Assembly: GCA_946407235.1 (NCBI GenBank)
Contig: CAMJNF010000002.1
Span: 21,674-85,673 of the forward strand
Length of the DNA stretch: 64,000 nucleotides
Direction of reading: 5' to 3'
Source: an uncultured Fibrobacter sp.
GTDB taxonomy: Bacteria; Fibrobacterota; Fibrobacteria; Fibrobacterales; Fibrobacteraceae
Below, piece after piece: positions 27,470 to 38,152 of this stretch. The translations under genes and the position numbers were made by a program. Numbering within the stretch: the stretch's first letter is position 1; each line of letters opens with the position of its first letter. Below the pieces are notes generated by a model. The model searched no databases, was not told the DNA's origin, and saw nothing but the letters and a program-made list of their open reading frames with translations.

Positions 27470-27760
27470 AGTAACAAACAAATTAATTTATATTAAATAC
27501 TCAAATTTCTGGTTACAAGAACACAAAGAAAACGCCTCGATCAATTTGATCGAGACGCTTGGTTGTTGGAGTGTGGAAATATTAAAAAATCTTACACTTG
27601 ATCTTCACTCTTAATAAAATAGACCGAAAAAGGTTTCATGACAAGAACTGAAAATCACGTTTCATGGATAAAAAATCCAAAAACAAAGAACGTCCCGATT
27701 TTTCAATCGAGACGCCTAGTTGTTGGAGTGTAAGTTGAAGTGTAAAAAACTATGACTGAA

Positions 27761-29044
27761 TTAGAAGTTCTTGCACTGGGTTTTCCACTTGCCCTGTTTA
27801 CCGATGATGCTGCCATCGATATACTTGCCACTGCTGCCGACGAAATCGGCCTTGCGTTCCGTTTCGCCGCCAAGGTGCCAGCGCATCCATGCAACTGTTG
27901 CAGCCATGCCATCCCAAGAGCCGGAACCGTGACCGTAACCGCCTTCAGAGTTACGCGGACCACCCGTCATTTCGATGAGGCAAGCCGGAGCCTTCACGCC
28001 AGCGTTGTTATAGTCGTTCTTGGCATTGTCCTTTTCCATACCGACTTCACCGAAGAGGATTGCAATCGTCCTGTCCGTTGCGACCTTGTTGGCACCGGCG
28101 CCATTCCAGTCACCACTGTTGTTGAGGAATGCCGTAAGAACGCGCTTGTCCTTGATAACAGCCTGTTCCGATTCGAGACCGCCCATGGAGTGGCCGGAGC
28201 AACCGACAACATTCATGTCGAGCTTGTCATAAAGCGGGCTATTGGTATCTTTGTTCTGCTTGTCGAGCCAATCCAAAGCCTTGATAGCCTGGGATGCATC
28301 ACCCGGAGATTCCTTGAGTGCAATCACCACAAAGCCGTGAGATGCCAAGCGACGGATCATGCCTTCGTAAGCGCCCGGTTCGGTACCGCCACCTGGGCCC
28401 CAAACGACAACGCCATGCTTTTGCGTCGAAGAAAGCTGTTTTGGATACGAGAGGATTCCACCGCCATCCCAGCCAGTGCGAGTCTTGTATTCCACTTGCA
28501 TCTGGTCTTTTTCTTCTTCCTTGCCGCTAGCAAGGAAAATGCCCTTCGGCGCTTCGCTTGAGCTGGATTCCACCTTCTTTTCGGAGCTGGAGCTTTCCAC
28601 CTTCGCAGAGCTAGATGCAGGCACCTTCTCGGAGCTAGAACTTACGACAGGCGCCTTATCAGAGCTAGAAGCCGGATTTTGCACATCGGCGCTGGAAGTT
28701 GCACTCAGGGCGTCGGCACTAGAAGCAGGCACGGCATCACTGCTAGATGTCGGAAGCGGATTCGTGCCCGAGCCACAAGCATCAGGTAAACTAGAAGCTA
28801 CGCAAGGATCATCCCAAGGATCAGCGACAGAGCTGCTGGATTCGTTTCCGGCAGAAGCACCTCCCGGCTGGTCCTGAGCCATTGAGCTAGAAGAGCCTTC
28901 ATCGCCCGGCTGAATTTCGCCAACAGAGCTAGACGATAATCCCCCAGCGTAATTGTCAATTGCAGATGTGACGGAATCATCGCCACAATTCATGAAGACT
29001 AGCGCACTAGCCAACACCATTGTCTTTAAGATTTTTGATTTCAT
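27761..29044 (-). CDS. Lipoprotein alpha/beta hydrolase, paralog B
   Basis: Same motifs as paralog A; GAGGAG SD before MKSKILKTMV; ends CKNF. Confidence 0.85.
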   Translation of the reverse strand: MKSKILKTMVLASALVFMNCGDDSVTSAIDNYAGGLSSSSVGEIQPGDEGSSSSMAQDQPGGASAGNESSSSVADPWDDPCVASSLPDACGSGTNPLPTSSSDAVPASSADALSATSSADVQNPASSSDKAPVVSSSSEKVPASSSAKVESSSSEKKVESSSSEAPKGIFLASGKEEEKDQMQVEYKTRTGWDGGGILSYPKQLSSTQKHGVVVWGPGGGTEPGAYEGMIRRLASHGFVVIALKESPGDASQAIKALDWLDKQNKDTNSPLYDKLDMNVVGCSGHSMGGLESEQAVIKDKRVLTAFLNNSGDWNGAGANKVATDRTIAILFGEVGMEKDNAKNDYNNAGVKAPACLIEMTGGPRNSEGGYGHGSGSWDGMAATVAWMRWHLGGETERKADFVGSSGKYIDGSIIGKQGKWKTQCKNF

Positions 29045-29301
29045 CTTTGTACTCCTCATTTTTTCAAAAACCTTACAACCCATCCATAAGCCCTTGAGGG
29101 GGCTAATTTTCAAACTAAATCAAAATGGAAAAAGTAAATCCTTATGTAAACTTCCTTTTATTGACAAAAAATCCATAACGACCTTAAAAACAAGAAAAGC
29201 CGGAACAAAAGTTTCCGGCAAAAAGACTTAAACAGAGTTTTTCAAAAAAAAACGCCCCGGCCGTGCACCGGGACAGTCTTCAAAATAGCAATATAGGGCT
29301 A

Positions 29302-29871
29302 TTATCTAGGCGCGTAAATGCGCGACATAAATTCGGCGCGTGTTTTTTCGTCCGTCTTGAAGCGTCCCAAAAGCTGCGTCGTAACCATCATGGCACCAGG
29401 CTTTTTCACACCGCGCATCGTCATGCACATGTGGGAGGCTTCCAAAACGACCGCAACACCCTTCGGCTGCAAGACCCTCTGGATGAGTTCCGCAATCTGG
29501 CGCGTCATGCGTTCCTGAATCTGAGGCATGCGGGCATAATATTCCACCACACGCGGGATTTTCGAGAGGCCGACCACGCAATCACCTGGGATGTAAGCCA
29601 CGTGGGCTTTGCCTGTGAACGGCAAAAAATGGTGTTCGCACATGCTCGCAAACTGGATATCCGGCACAATGATCATTTCATCGTACTTTTCATGGAAGCG
29701 GGTCTTGAGGATGTCCTCGGCCTTCATTTCACCTGTAAGGCTCGTCATGAGTTCAGCGTACATCTTAGCAACACGCTTCGGCGTATCGATAAGGCCTTCA
29801 CGGTTCGGGTCTTCGCCCATGCCTTCCAGAATCATCCGGAAGCCGTCTTCCATTTTCTTAAAATCCATCAT
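29302..29871 (-). CDS. folE: GTP cyclohydrolase I
   Basis: [34 protein letters not shown] and HMCMTMRG. Confidence 0.97.
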   Translation of the reverse strand: MMDFKKMEDGFRMILEGMGEDPNREGLIDTPKRVAKMYAELMTSLTGEMKAEDILKTRFHEKYDEMIIVPDIQFASMCEHHFLPFTGKAHVAYIPGDCVVGLSKIPRVVEYYARMPQIQERMTRQIAELIQRVLQPKGVAVVLEASHMCMTMRGVKKPGAMMVTTQLLGRFKTDEKTRAEFMSRIYAPR

Positions 29872-29891
29872 GGGACAAAAGATAGCAAAAA

Positions 29892-32639
29892 TCAGCGAAT
29901 CGTAACAGCCCTAGTCTCGCTTCCGTAACGGATGAAGAATCGACCCGATTTCGGCATTTCCACAACCATCGAAGATTCCGTTGTCAAACGGTGCAAAACG
30001 CGCCCTTGCACGTCCATCACAAAAAGCGGGCGACCCGCGACAAGTCCTGACAGCGAAACACGATTCCCATTTACGGACACCCGCAAACCGCTTTTCGTCA
30101 CCTCCACCAAACGCATAAGCCTCTCAACGGTCACATTTCGGTTAGCATAAGCCATATTGTATAAGCCGTCATACGAATCCTTCACGACAACATCCTGAAC
30201 AACTGCATAGTATCCTAATCGGCAGACAACCCCGGCACATTGATTCAATCCAGAACAGAAATTGCTCCACAGCAATCCCGAGATGGAATGCCCGTTCCCG
30301 TAAATATTCCCGTGAAAAGAATCGCCTCTCAACCGCGAAGCAATAGGATACCAAAAGAGATAATCTTCCCTCGTCGCGTCCGGCACCGTATCCTTGAGCA
30401 AATGTTCGTTGACAACGATATCATTTTCAAGCGAGGCACACACTTCTGATCTGCCAGCAATACTATCGGCTTCGTTCACATAGTCAGAGAACCAATACAA
30501 TTCTTCTTTATTCGTAATTTTATAGCAACTGTCATCGTTCATCGCAGGTTCTTTGGACATCGGCATCCATCCCGCATACGCATCGACATCCCCGATTTGC
30601 CCAATCGAATCTATCGGCATTCCACCAAACGGCCTCGGGAGCCATTCATAAAAGCGGAGCCCTTCGCGCGTCGGCACTTTCAATTTTACTGGCAAATCTT
30701 CAATCGTAAATGTTCCCGGATTGTCCGGATGGTTGGTACCGCCATTCATGTGGTATGTAATTTTATAGACAATCGGTTTCCACTTGGCATAAACAGTGAC
30801 ATCTTCCGTATTGCCCGTAGGAATCTCCGTAATTTTATTCGCAAACTGGGCATCCGTGAACCAGCCTTCAAAATCATATCCTTCGCGAGAGGCCGTTTCC
30901 AAAACAAACTTTCCGAACTCAGCCGACCAAGTCGTTACAACAGAATCCGATAAGGAACCCAAATAGCGTTTTCCCTTCAAATCAATATCACTCCCAGCGG
31001 CATTAAGCACACGCGTCACCAAAAAGCTCCCTTTCCATTTGGCGTAAAGCGTCCATTCCCCATAATTATCCGTATTTATGACTTCGACTTTCTGGGTGAA
31101 CAAGCTGTCCAAAAACCACCCTTCAAAAACATCGTTTTCCTTTTGCGGTTCCTGCAAGACAATCGCTGCACCGCCTATTTCAAAAGATGACGGATTTTTG
31201 TCGCTGTTCACGCCGCCATTCAAGACATAACGAATACTCGATTTGCCCACCTTAAGAACAGGGTAAGCGTCCTTTCCGATTTCCTGAGCCCAACTACCGC
31301 CATTTACGCCCTTGGAAAGGCGACCGAATACAGTACCATCCGCAAACTCCGCCTGCGTAACACGAAAATCATAGGGGACATACAAACTGTCCGTTTCCAC
31401 GCAATAACCATTTTCAACTTTAGCATAACTGTCAAAGACTTTAACATCCTCGTCAAAAGGAGTACTGATTCTGTCATAACGGTAATAAGAAATACAATTC
31501 CGAGCAGGCCCATCCAACGTTCCCGCAAAATAGACATTCCTCACAAGAGCTTTATTCAAGTCTCCGGCAATTCCGCCAACATAGTCTCCGCTCTCAATAT
31601 GTCCAAGGCTATAAGCGTTTTCTACCACGACCAAATTTGAATAATCATCAAACGAGAAATTTCTTTTTATAGAGTCTGCCAAAGCAGCGCTCTGTATTCC
31701 TTCTCTCAAATTAACGCGCCCCACAATGCCACCACCATACTCATTTCCATAGACAGTCGCATTGGAGTAAACATTCATCAATTTCGCCGGACTATAAGCT
31801 ATCCCTACAATCCCCCCTGCAAAAGTCGAAGAGAAATAGGAATCGACTATCCCTAAGTTACTCACAACGCTGGTCTTTTTTCCAGCATAATTTTTCGATC
31901 CCCCAACTACAGTAAACAAGCCATTTTCGGCTCTCAATCCTGAAATTTTATAGCCGTTTCCCTCGAATGTTCCAGAAAAGCCAAACAAAGGCCACCAAAC
32001 AAGGCTATCCGAAGCAACGTTCCCGTCTTTATCCAGAAGGTTCCTGTTGACCACAATATCGTTCTGGAGAGAGATACACCCGTCAAAAAAATAATCGACC
32101 CACACAATGTAATGGGAATCAAACAAATTAGAAAGATCCTCTAGCAAATTAGCATGGTCCTCTAGCTGAAAATTCTTGGATACAGAAAGAATACCATACA
32201 GTTCCTCGGCATTGTGAATCAGATAGCAACCGCGTTCATCTTGTGACGGCGTTTTCGGAACAGGCTCCCACATCGCAAAAAGCGTAAAATTTCCATAATT
32301 GCCGCCCAACCAATCTTTTTGCATGACTGATATATTCATGTATTTAAATGTTTCATCGCACTTTCTCGTGCTGTTCATAACGACACTTTTAACTACAGCG
32401 TCGCATTTTTCAAAATACCAGCCCTTAAAAACATGCCCTTCACGCGTCGGCTCATAGAATGTCAATTTACTCAGATTGTCCTCGTAGCTCGTCGGGTTGT
32501 CCGGATGGTTTACGCCACCATTCAAATTATAAGAGATGGTATAAGCATCAGCCGAAACAAAAGCCGTCAAAACAAAAACGGCTAAACAACATATTTTTCT
32601 AAAAAAGCGAGCCACGGGATCCACCTCCTTACGCATCAT
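29892..32639 (-). CDS. Surface protein with InlB B-repeats (Listeria-Bacteroides repeats), GLUG-like segments and a CTD-like tail
   Basis: Repeated Y.(L/M)NGG.N...NP and F.GW(Y/F)...(L/V)YAKW; (A/G/V)GGI(V/A)G motifs; C-terminal VMDVQGRVL...GRFFIRYG. Confidence 0.8.
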   Translation of the reverse strand: MMRKEVDPVARFFRKICCLAVFVLTAFVSADAYTISYNLNGGVNHPDNPTSYEDNLSKLTFYEPTREGHVFKGWYFEKCDAVVKSVVMNSTRKCDETFKYMNISVMQKDWLGGNYGNFTLFAMWEPVPKTPSQDERGCYLIHNAEELYGILSVSKNFQLEDHANLLEDLSNLFDSHYIVWVDYFFDGCISLQNDIVVNRNLLDKDGNVASDSLVWWPLFGFSGTFEGNGYKISGLRAENGLFTVVGGSKNYAGKKTSVVSNLGIVDSYFSSTFAGGIVGIAYSPAKLMNVYSNATVYGNEYGGGIVGRVNLREGIQSAALADSIKRNFSFDDYSNLVVVENAYSLGHIESGDYVGGIAGDLNKALVRNVYFAGTLDGPARNCISYYRYDRISTPFDEDVKVFDSYAKVENGYCVETDSLYVPYDFRVTQAEFADGTVFGRLSKGVNGGSWAQEIGKDAYPVLKVGKSSIRYVLNGGVNSDKNPSSFEIGGAAIVLQEPQKENDVFEGWFLDSLFTQKVEVINTDNYGEWTLYAKWKGSFLVTRVLNAAGSDIDLKGKRYLGSLSDSVVTTWSAEFGKFVLETASREGYDFEGWFTDAQFANKITEIPTGNTEDVTVYAKWKPIVYKITYHMNGGTNHPDNPGTFTIEDLPVKLKVPTREGLRFYEWLPRPFGGMPIDSIGQIGDVDAYAGWMPMSKEPAMNDDSCYKITNKEELYWFSDYVNEADSIAGRSEVCASLENDIVVNEHLLKDTVPDATREDYLFWYPIASRLRGDSFHGNIYGNGHSISGLLWSNFCSGLNQCAGVVCRLGYYAVVQDVVVKDSYDGLYNMAYANRNVTVERLMRLVEVTKSGLRVSVNGNRVSLSGLVAGRPLFVMDVQGRVLHRLTTESSMVVEMPKSGRFFIRYGSETRAVTIR

Positions 32640-32792
32640 TTTAATCTATATAAAGTTTTTTTATTGTTAAATACAGATTGAAACTTTGCGTTGTATCCGA
32701 TGTAAACATCACATCGTTCGTCAAAGGTCGTGTCCATTTTTTTACGTAAAAAAACGGCCCAAAGGACCGTTTCGATTTTCGTAACCCCTAAC

Positions 32793-33383
32793 TTACACCC
32801 ACTCGACTTCGTTACCTGTGCGGGGAGTTTCAGCGCGGTTCGGGAGTCCCGATTCCGTATCGGCATAGCCAATCGCGACGGAAGCATACACGCGTTCATC
32901 TTCCTTAAGGCCGAGGCTGCGCAAGTATTCCAAAAGAGTCGGGTCTTCGTTCAGCCACTTGAGCTGATTGATATAGCAACTGCCGAGGTCAAGTTCATTT
33001 GCGGCAAGCATCATGTTTTCGACAGCGCAGGCGACATCGGCCATGTTGTTGCCATAGTCTTTCTTGTTCGCGACGACAATCAAAACAGGAGCGGTATAGC
33101 AGAACGAGTAATTGCCCTTGCGGGAAAGTGTAATGGAATTCTTGAGGCTCTTGTAAAGGTCTTCACGAAGTTCCATCGCCGCAAATGCGGACTGCACAAG
33201 TTCCTTTAATTTTGCGATGGCCGCCGCATCAGAAATCACGAAAAAATGATTCGTCTGGCAATTTCCACCGGTCGGTCCGAAACGGCCTGCTTCAACGATA
33301 GCTTCGAGCTTTTCGCGTTCCACAATTTTCTGCTGAAACTTGCGAGTGCTGCGACGGGTCTTGATGGCTTCAAGTGTATGCAT
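32793..33383 (-). CDS. Nitroreductase family protein
   Basis: AIKTRRSTRKF, GPTGGNCQ and AVENMMLAANELDLGSC. Confidence 0.92.
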   Translation of the reverse strand: MHTLEAIKTRRSTRKFQQKIVEREKLEAIVEAGRFGPTGGNCQTNHFFVISDAAAIAKLKELVQSAFAAMELREDLYKSLKNSITLSRKGNYSFCYTAPVLIVVANKKDYGNNMADVACAVENMMLAANELDLGSCYINQLKWLNEDPTLLEYLRSLGLKEDERVYASVAIGYADTESGLPNRAETPRTGNEVEWV

Positions 33384-33403
33384 AACAGATCCTTCAAGAT
33401 ACT

Positions 33404-34762
33404 CTACTTATCTAGCGGGAGCATCAAAATTCTAGACTTGCGTTTATTGTTGTAATGATCGCGCTTTGAAGGCGGCAATTCGTCAACCGTCCCATCGACA
33501 AATCCAAGCTGGTAGAACCAATCGAGCGCCTGCGTCGTGAGCAAGAACAAAGTCTTATAGCCCCTCATACGGCCAAGCGAAATCAAGTGGCGTACAATAG
33601 CTTCTCCAATGCCCGACTTGCGGTAGTTCGCGCCAACAGCAATACCTGCAACTTCGGCCATACCATTTTCAAACTTATGAAGAGCTCCGCAGCCGTGAAT
33701 GCTATTGTCAATGCTATAGACAACATAATCATCCAGCTTTTCGGAAATGGAATCCTGCGTGCGCGGGACCAGATAGCCCTTTGCAATGTAGTCCTGCATA
33801 ATGCGCAAAATATCCGGAATGTCTTCGATAGTCGCCGGGCGGATACTGGAATACTGGTTTGCATACACCATTGTTCCGTCACCGCGGGCCGAGAATACTT
33901 CTTGCAACACGCTGCCCTGGAATTCGCCGCTCAGCAAATGCACACGGTTTGCCCCAGCTTCGCATGCATGGATTGCATTCATCAAATAATCCATCTGCGC
34001 AAAGTCAAGCACATCGGAATTGAGTTCCAGAAGTTCCTTCGCCTGGTCGATATCCATAGCCGAAATAAGCCCGTTATCGGTCGGCTCTAGATGCTTTGTG
34101 TTCTTGCCGGTCACAAGACCATCAAGCTTAATGCCGCTTTCACTTCCGATAAAGAACAGCTTCCCGACTTTAAGGTACTTGCAGAGTTCCGTTGCAAGTT
34201 CCGTACTCGAAATATTGTAGGCGCGCCCAATCTTGTTCCAGCCGATTGGCGGAATAATCGGCACAAACTTCTCGTTCATCAACTGTTCGAGCAAATCACG
34301 CTGGATACGTTCGATGCGACCGGTACGCATAAAATCGACACCGTTGATCACGCCCATGCTGCGCGCCAGAATCCAGTTGCCCTGAATACCGCTAAGGCCA
34401 CTTGCCGTAAGGTGACTCATGATGCGCTGGGCAACGCCCAAGGACGCCTGTTCCACGAGAGGCAAAGCCTCCTCGCTCGTCAAGCGAACACCGTTGCAAA
34501 AATCTGTTTCGAGATCCCAAGCCTTGAGTTGTGCGTCAATGCTATTTCGCGTACCCGGCACGATGATAATGCGAATACCCGCCTTGTGCAAAAGAGCGAT
34601 ATCGCGCATTAGCACGGGGAACATCGGATGGTCCATCAGGCTATCGTCAATCTTCAAGACGAAAAGCTGGCCCTTGAACCTGTCCATGTAGCCAAACACT
34701 TCCCGGATGAATCCGGCCACTTCGAAGTGCTGAGAATAAAAATCAGACGCTGCGTTACTCAT
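33404..34762 (-). CDS. argA: Amino-acid N-acetyltransferase (N-acetylglutamate synthase; AAK plus GNAT domains)
   Basis: DIALLHKAGIR, GANRVHL..GSVLQEVFSARGDGTMV and LFLLTTQALDWF. Confidence 0.92.
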   Translation of the reverse strand: MSNAASDFYSQHFEVAGFIREVFGYMDRFKGQLFVLKIDDSLMDHPMFPVLMRDIALLHKAGIRIIIVPGTRNSIDAQLKAWDLETDFCNGVRLTSEEALPLVEQASLGVAQRIMSHLTASGLSGIQGNWILARSMGVINGVDFMRTGRIERIQRDLLEQLMNEKFVPIIPPIGWNKIGRAYNISSTELATELCKYLKVGKLFFIGSESGIKLDGLVTGKNTKHLEPTDNGLISAMDIDQAKELLELNSDVLDFAQMDYLMNAIHACEAGANRVHLLSGEFQGSVLQEVFSARGDGTMVYANQYSSIRPATIEDIPDILRIMQDYIAKGYLVPRTQDSISEKLDDYVVYSIDNSIHGCGALHKFENGMAEVAGIAVGANYRKSGIGEAIVRHLISLGRMRGYKTLFLLTTQALDWFYQLGFVDGTVDELPPSKRDHYNNKRKSRILMLPLDK

Positions 34763-34863
34763 GCTCTAAAAAGTAGCAACAGAAAAAGCGAAGGACAGAA
34801 CATCCTTCGCAATTTAAACAAAAATATGGCATTTTTTGTGCGGGTTTCCGCACACGCACAAAA

Positions 34864-35679
34864 CTACTTGGACGGGAAAACCTGTAACAATTCCACCTCG
34901 AATACCAAGAGCGAATTAGGCGGAATGGACGGCGGAGCGCCAGCTTCGCCATAAGCAAGATGACTTGGAATCCAAGCCCGCACCTTTTCACCGACCTTCA
35001 TATCCAGGAGCAAGTCCTGCCAACCTTCGATAACTGCAGAAACAGCAAATTCCATCGGTGCACCGCGCTTGACGCTATTGTCAAATTCCGTGCCGTTGAG
35101 GAGCGTACCTACGTAATGGACTTGGACCTTATCGTTTATTTTCGGCTTAACACCAGTGCCTTCCTTGAGCATGAGGTATTGCACGCCTTTCCTCGTGACC
35201 CAAATTCTCGGATCCTGGATATTCTTCGCAAGGAAAGCCGCCTGATCGGTAAGGGCTTTACGTGCCGATGCAGCCTCATCAATTTCCTTTTGCACCTGCA
35301 TCTGGTTGAGCAAGTCCTGAAGGGCCGCTTCGGACTCCGTTTCCGTCATGAGAACTTCACGACTGGAATCGATAACATCGTGCATGGCATTCAAAAGAAC
35401 GTCAAGCTTGACAGGCACATTGATATTAGCAACGGCCCTGCCAAAGTCAACACCCAGCGCATAGCTGTAGCGGTCCACCGGATTGTCCAGAAATACCTTC
35501 TGTTCTTCAGCCGGCTTAGGTTCCGGAACGGGCGTCAAGTCGGGAACTTTGGGGGCATCTTTCGCTACCACGGGTGCAGGAGTAACCACTGGACTTACAA
35601 CGGGAGCCTGTTTACTGCTTCCACATGCCACAAGGATGCCACCTACAAAAAACACGGGCAAACAATGAAAAATTTTCAT
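34864..35679 (-). CDS. FKBP-type peptidyl-prolyl isomerase, lipoprotein
   Basis: LVA-C lipobox, SYALG, VHYVGTLLNGTEFD, VIEGW, LAYG and IPPNSLLVFEVELL. Confidence 0.93.
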   Translation of the reverse strand: MKIFHCLPVFFVGGILVACGSSKQAPVVSPVVTPAPVVAKDAPKVPDLTPVPEPKPAEEQKVFLDNPVDRYSYALGVDFGRAVANINVPVKLDVLLNAMHDVIDSSREVLMTETESEAALQDLLNQMQVQKEIDEAASARKALTDQAAFLAKNIQDPRIWVTRKGVQYLMLKEGTGVKPKINDKVQVHYVGTLLNGTEFDNSVKRGAPMEFAVSAVIEGWQDLLLDMKVGEKVRAWIPSHLAYGEAGAPPSIPPNSLLVFEVELLQVFPSK

Positions 35680-35853
35680 AAAATCAAATCCAATCCTGTT
35701 TTTTGGTCCCTTAAAAATACTTTTTTTGGTTCAAAAAACGAAAAAAAATATGAATAACACTTGTAATTTAGCACAATTGTAAAGAAAAACACACATTACC
35801 CCTTTAAAATTGCTTACTTTTTTGCTATCTTTGCACACAAAGGGAATATTACA

Positions 35854-36114
35854 ATGAATAATAGCTTTAAGTGTTATATTGATTCTGCGACAGCCCAGAA
35901 AAGGTTGTTCGACGAATCTATTGATAACGTTAAAGATTCCTTAGTGAAAGCCGTAGCGGAATCATCACGGTCCAAAGGCAATGAGGCCCCGTTGTTGAAT
36001 ATCAACAGGGTCCAGCCAACTTATTCGACCACGGGTTGGCTCAAAGGCGCCCTCTCTTACCCCTGGGCAATCGTAACCGTCGTCATTCCCTCAATTCTCC
36101 AAGACATCTTCTAG
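35854..36114 (+). CDS. Small hypothetical protein with hydrophobic C-terminus
   Basis: AAGGGA SD, upstream TATCTT box and downstream GCCCGC/GCGGGC terminator; no family recognised. Confidence 0.5.
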   Translation: MNNSFKCYIDSATAQKRLFDESIDNVKDSLVKAVAESSRSKGNEAPLLNINRVQPTYSTTGWLKGALSYPWAIVTVVIPSILQDIF

Positions 36115-36227
36115 TTTTCATTCCCTATTTTTGGAACGCCCGCTACCAGCGGGCTTTGCTTTTTTTAGAGAAAAATCCCTTTAGCGATAAGCCCAAATTT
36201 TTTAAATTTTGGAAAAACGGAGATTTT

Positions 36228-37067
36228 ATGGCAGCACTCATTCTAGACGGCAAGGCACTTGCCAAGACCACTGAAGAAGAACTCAGCGCCCGCGTGGCGG
36301 CCCTCAAGGAAAAAACCGGCAAGACCCCGATTCTTGCAACGATTCTCGTGGGCGACGATCCGGCTAGCGCCACTTACGTCAAGATGAAGGGCAACGCCTG
36401 CGCCCGCGTCGGCATGGAAAGCATCCGCGTGGTGATGGACAAGAACACCACGACCGAAGAACTCTTGGGCAAGATTCAGGAACTCAACGAAAACCCGAAC
36501 GTGCACGGCATTCTCTTGCAGCACCCGGTTCCGCGCCACATCGATGAACGTGCCGCATTCGAAGCTATCGATGCTCGCAAGGACGTGGACGGCGTGACCT
36601 GCCTCGGCTTTGGCCGCATGTCCATGGGTGAAAAAGCTTACGGCTGCGCAACACCGGCCGGCATCATGCGTCTCCTCAAGGCTTACAACATTCCGCTTTC
36701 TGGCAAGCACGCTGTGGTCGTTGGCCGTAGCGCCATCCTCGGAAAGCCGATGGCCATGATGCTCTTGAACGCGAACTGCACCGTAACCATTTGCCACAGC
36801 AAGACCGAAAACCTCCCGGAATTCGTGAAGCAGGCAGACATCCTCGTGGGTGCAGTCGGCAAGCCGGAATTCATCAAGAAGTCCTGGATCAAGCCGGGTG
36901 CAGTCGTCGTAGACGCTGGTTACCATCCGGGTGGCGTTGGCGATATCGAGAAGGGTCTCGAAGATGTCGCATCCGCATACACTCCGGTTCCGGGCGGCGT
37001 CGGACCGATGACCATCAACACTCTCATCTACCAGAGCGTGGAATCCGGCGAATCGTTGATCAAGTAA
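36228..37067 (+). CDS. folD: Methylenetetrahydrofolate dehydrogenase/cyclohydrolase
   Basis: [27 protein letters not shown] and [11 protein letters not shown]; GGAG SD before MAALILDGK. Confidence 0.97.
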   Translation: MAALILDGKALAKTTEEELSARVAALKEKTGKTPILATILVGDDPASATYVKMKGNACARVGMESIRVVMDKNTTTEELLGKIQELNENPNVHGILLQHPVPRHIDERAAFEAIDARKDVDGVTCLGFGRMSMGEKAYGCATPAGIMRLLKAYNIPLSGKHAVVVGRSAILGKPMAMMLLNANCTVTICHSKTENLPEFVKQADILVGAVGKPEFIKKSWIKPGAVVVDAGYHPGGVGDIEKGLEDVASAYTPVPGGVGPMTINTLIYQSVESGESLIK

Positions 37068-37126
37068 CCTAGTGGTTAGTAAACAGTGGTTGGTGGTTAG
37101 TGATTAAGGTTTTCCATCGCGCAAGC

Positions 37127-37200
37127 GTCATCCTGAACGCCAATGAAAGACCCAGTGTTTTAAACGACTGGATTCTTCGCCATAAATGGCTCAGAATGAC
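37127..37200. repeat. REP-like palindrome, family B (GTCATCCTGA...TCAGAATGAC)
   Basis: Inverted termini; related copies at 39989-40073, 40864-40894 and 60001-60099. Confidence 0.7.
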
Positions 37201-38152
37201 GCAATGCAGAACCATTGCAAGAAGCGCCCTCGTGGCGCTTTTCGCTTTATGCACTTTGTGGCCCGCACAAGCTTTTGCAGCCTCCGAACTCCAAAAGCAG
37301 ATGGTGCGCGACATGAAGAAATGCGGCAGCACCACCGAAGAAATCAGTTGCGTTGTCGAAGGCAAGGACGGCTGGCTCTTTTTGCAAGAAAGCTTAGTGA
37401 ACGCCAACAAGCGTTGGAACGACAACACGCCACAGATCATCGCGTTCAAGGACTCACTCGAAGCACGCGGAATCAAGCTCATCGTCGTTCCCGTTCCAGA
37501 TAAACTCTTAGTCGTGCCCGAGCAATATTCCGACAAAGCAAAAAAAGGCATCAACCTTCCACAATACAAGAAGTGGATCCAAAAGCTTCGCAAGCATAAC
37601 GTCACCGTCATCGACGCACTCGACAAGATTAAAGAACTTCACAAGAATCTGGGCACAGAAACACCCATGTTCGAACCGTATGAAAGCCACTGCACAGGCC
37701 CCGCAAGGCTCGTACTCGCCAACATGGCAGCCGATTCCATCGCGCCACTCCTCTACGGCATGAACCGCAAGCGCTACCCGCTACGCGATACCATTGTCGA
37801 TGGCACCGGGAATCTCTACGACTTGCTCCATGGCGAAGAAATTGAATACAAAATAAAAGAGCAAAAAGTTTTGGGCACCGACGGCTACAAATACCGCGGC
37901 TCCAAAAAAGCACCGATCATCGTCATCGGCGACAGCAATGTAGGCCAAGGCAAATCCTACGGCGCACAAATCGGCGCATACATCGCAGCTGCGACAAGCG
38001 TCGAGACTTTCACTATCAGCAAAGTCGGCGGCGGCAATATCGGTCCGCAAATGTTCAAAGGCAAGTCCAGTTTTTTGGAAGGCAAAAAAGCAGTCGTCTG
38101 GGTATTCGACGGCCGCGAACTCTACGGGCATTTCAAGGACCCGGAATTTTAA
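37196..38152 (+). CDS. AlgX/AlgJ-like SGNH O-acetyltransferase-related exported protein (start uncertain)
   Basis: GKDGWLFL, GIKLIVVPVPDK, ESHCT (DxHW-like) and IGDSN. Confidence 0.7.
   Translation: MTQCRTIARSALVALFALCTLWPAQAFAASELQKQMVRDMKKCGSTTEEISCVVEGKDGWLFLQESLVNANKRWNDNTPQIIAFKDSLEARGIKLIVVPVPDKLLVVPEQYSDKAKKGINLPQYKKWIQKLRKHNVTVIDALDKIKELHKNLGTETPMFEPYESHCTGPARLVLANMAADSIAPLLYGMNRKRYPLRDTIVDGTGNLYDLLHGEEIEYKIKEQKVLGTDGYKYRGSKKAPIIVIGDSNVGQGKSYGAQIGAYIAAATSVETFTISKVGGGNIGPQMFKGKSSFLEGKKAVVWVFDGRELYGHFKDPEF

Noticed and set aside
29892-32639. AT-richer gene as a possible mobile island
   Set aside because: No integrase, transposase or flanking direct repeats; fits a variable surface-protein family
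36036-36227. Extended folD N-terminus or a folate riboswitch
   Set aside because: The extension overlaps the upstream ORF and terminator; an SD supports ATG 36228; no THF or ZTP consensus recognised
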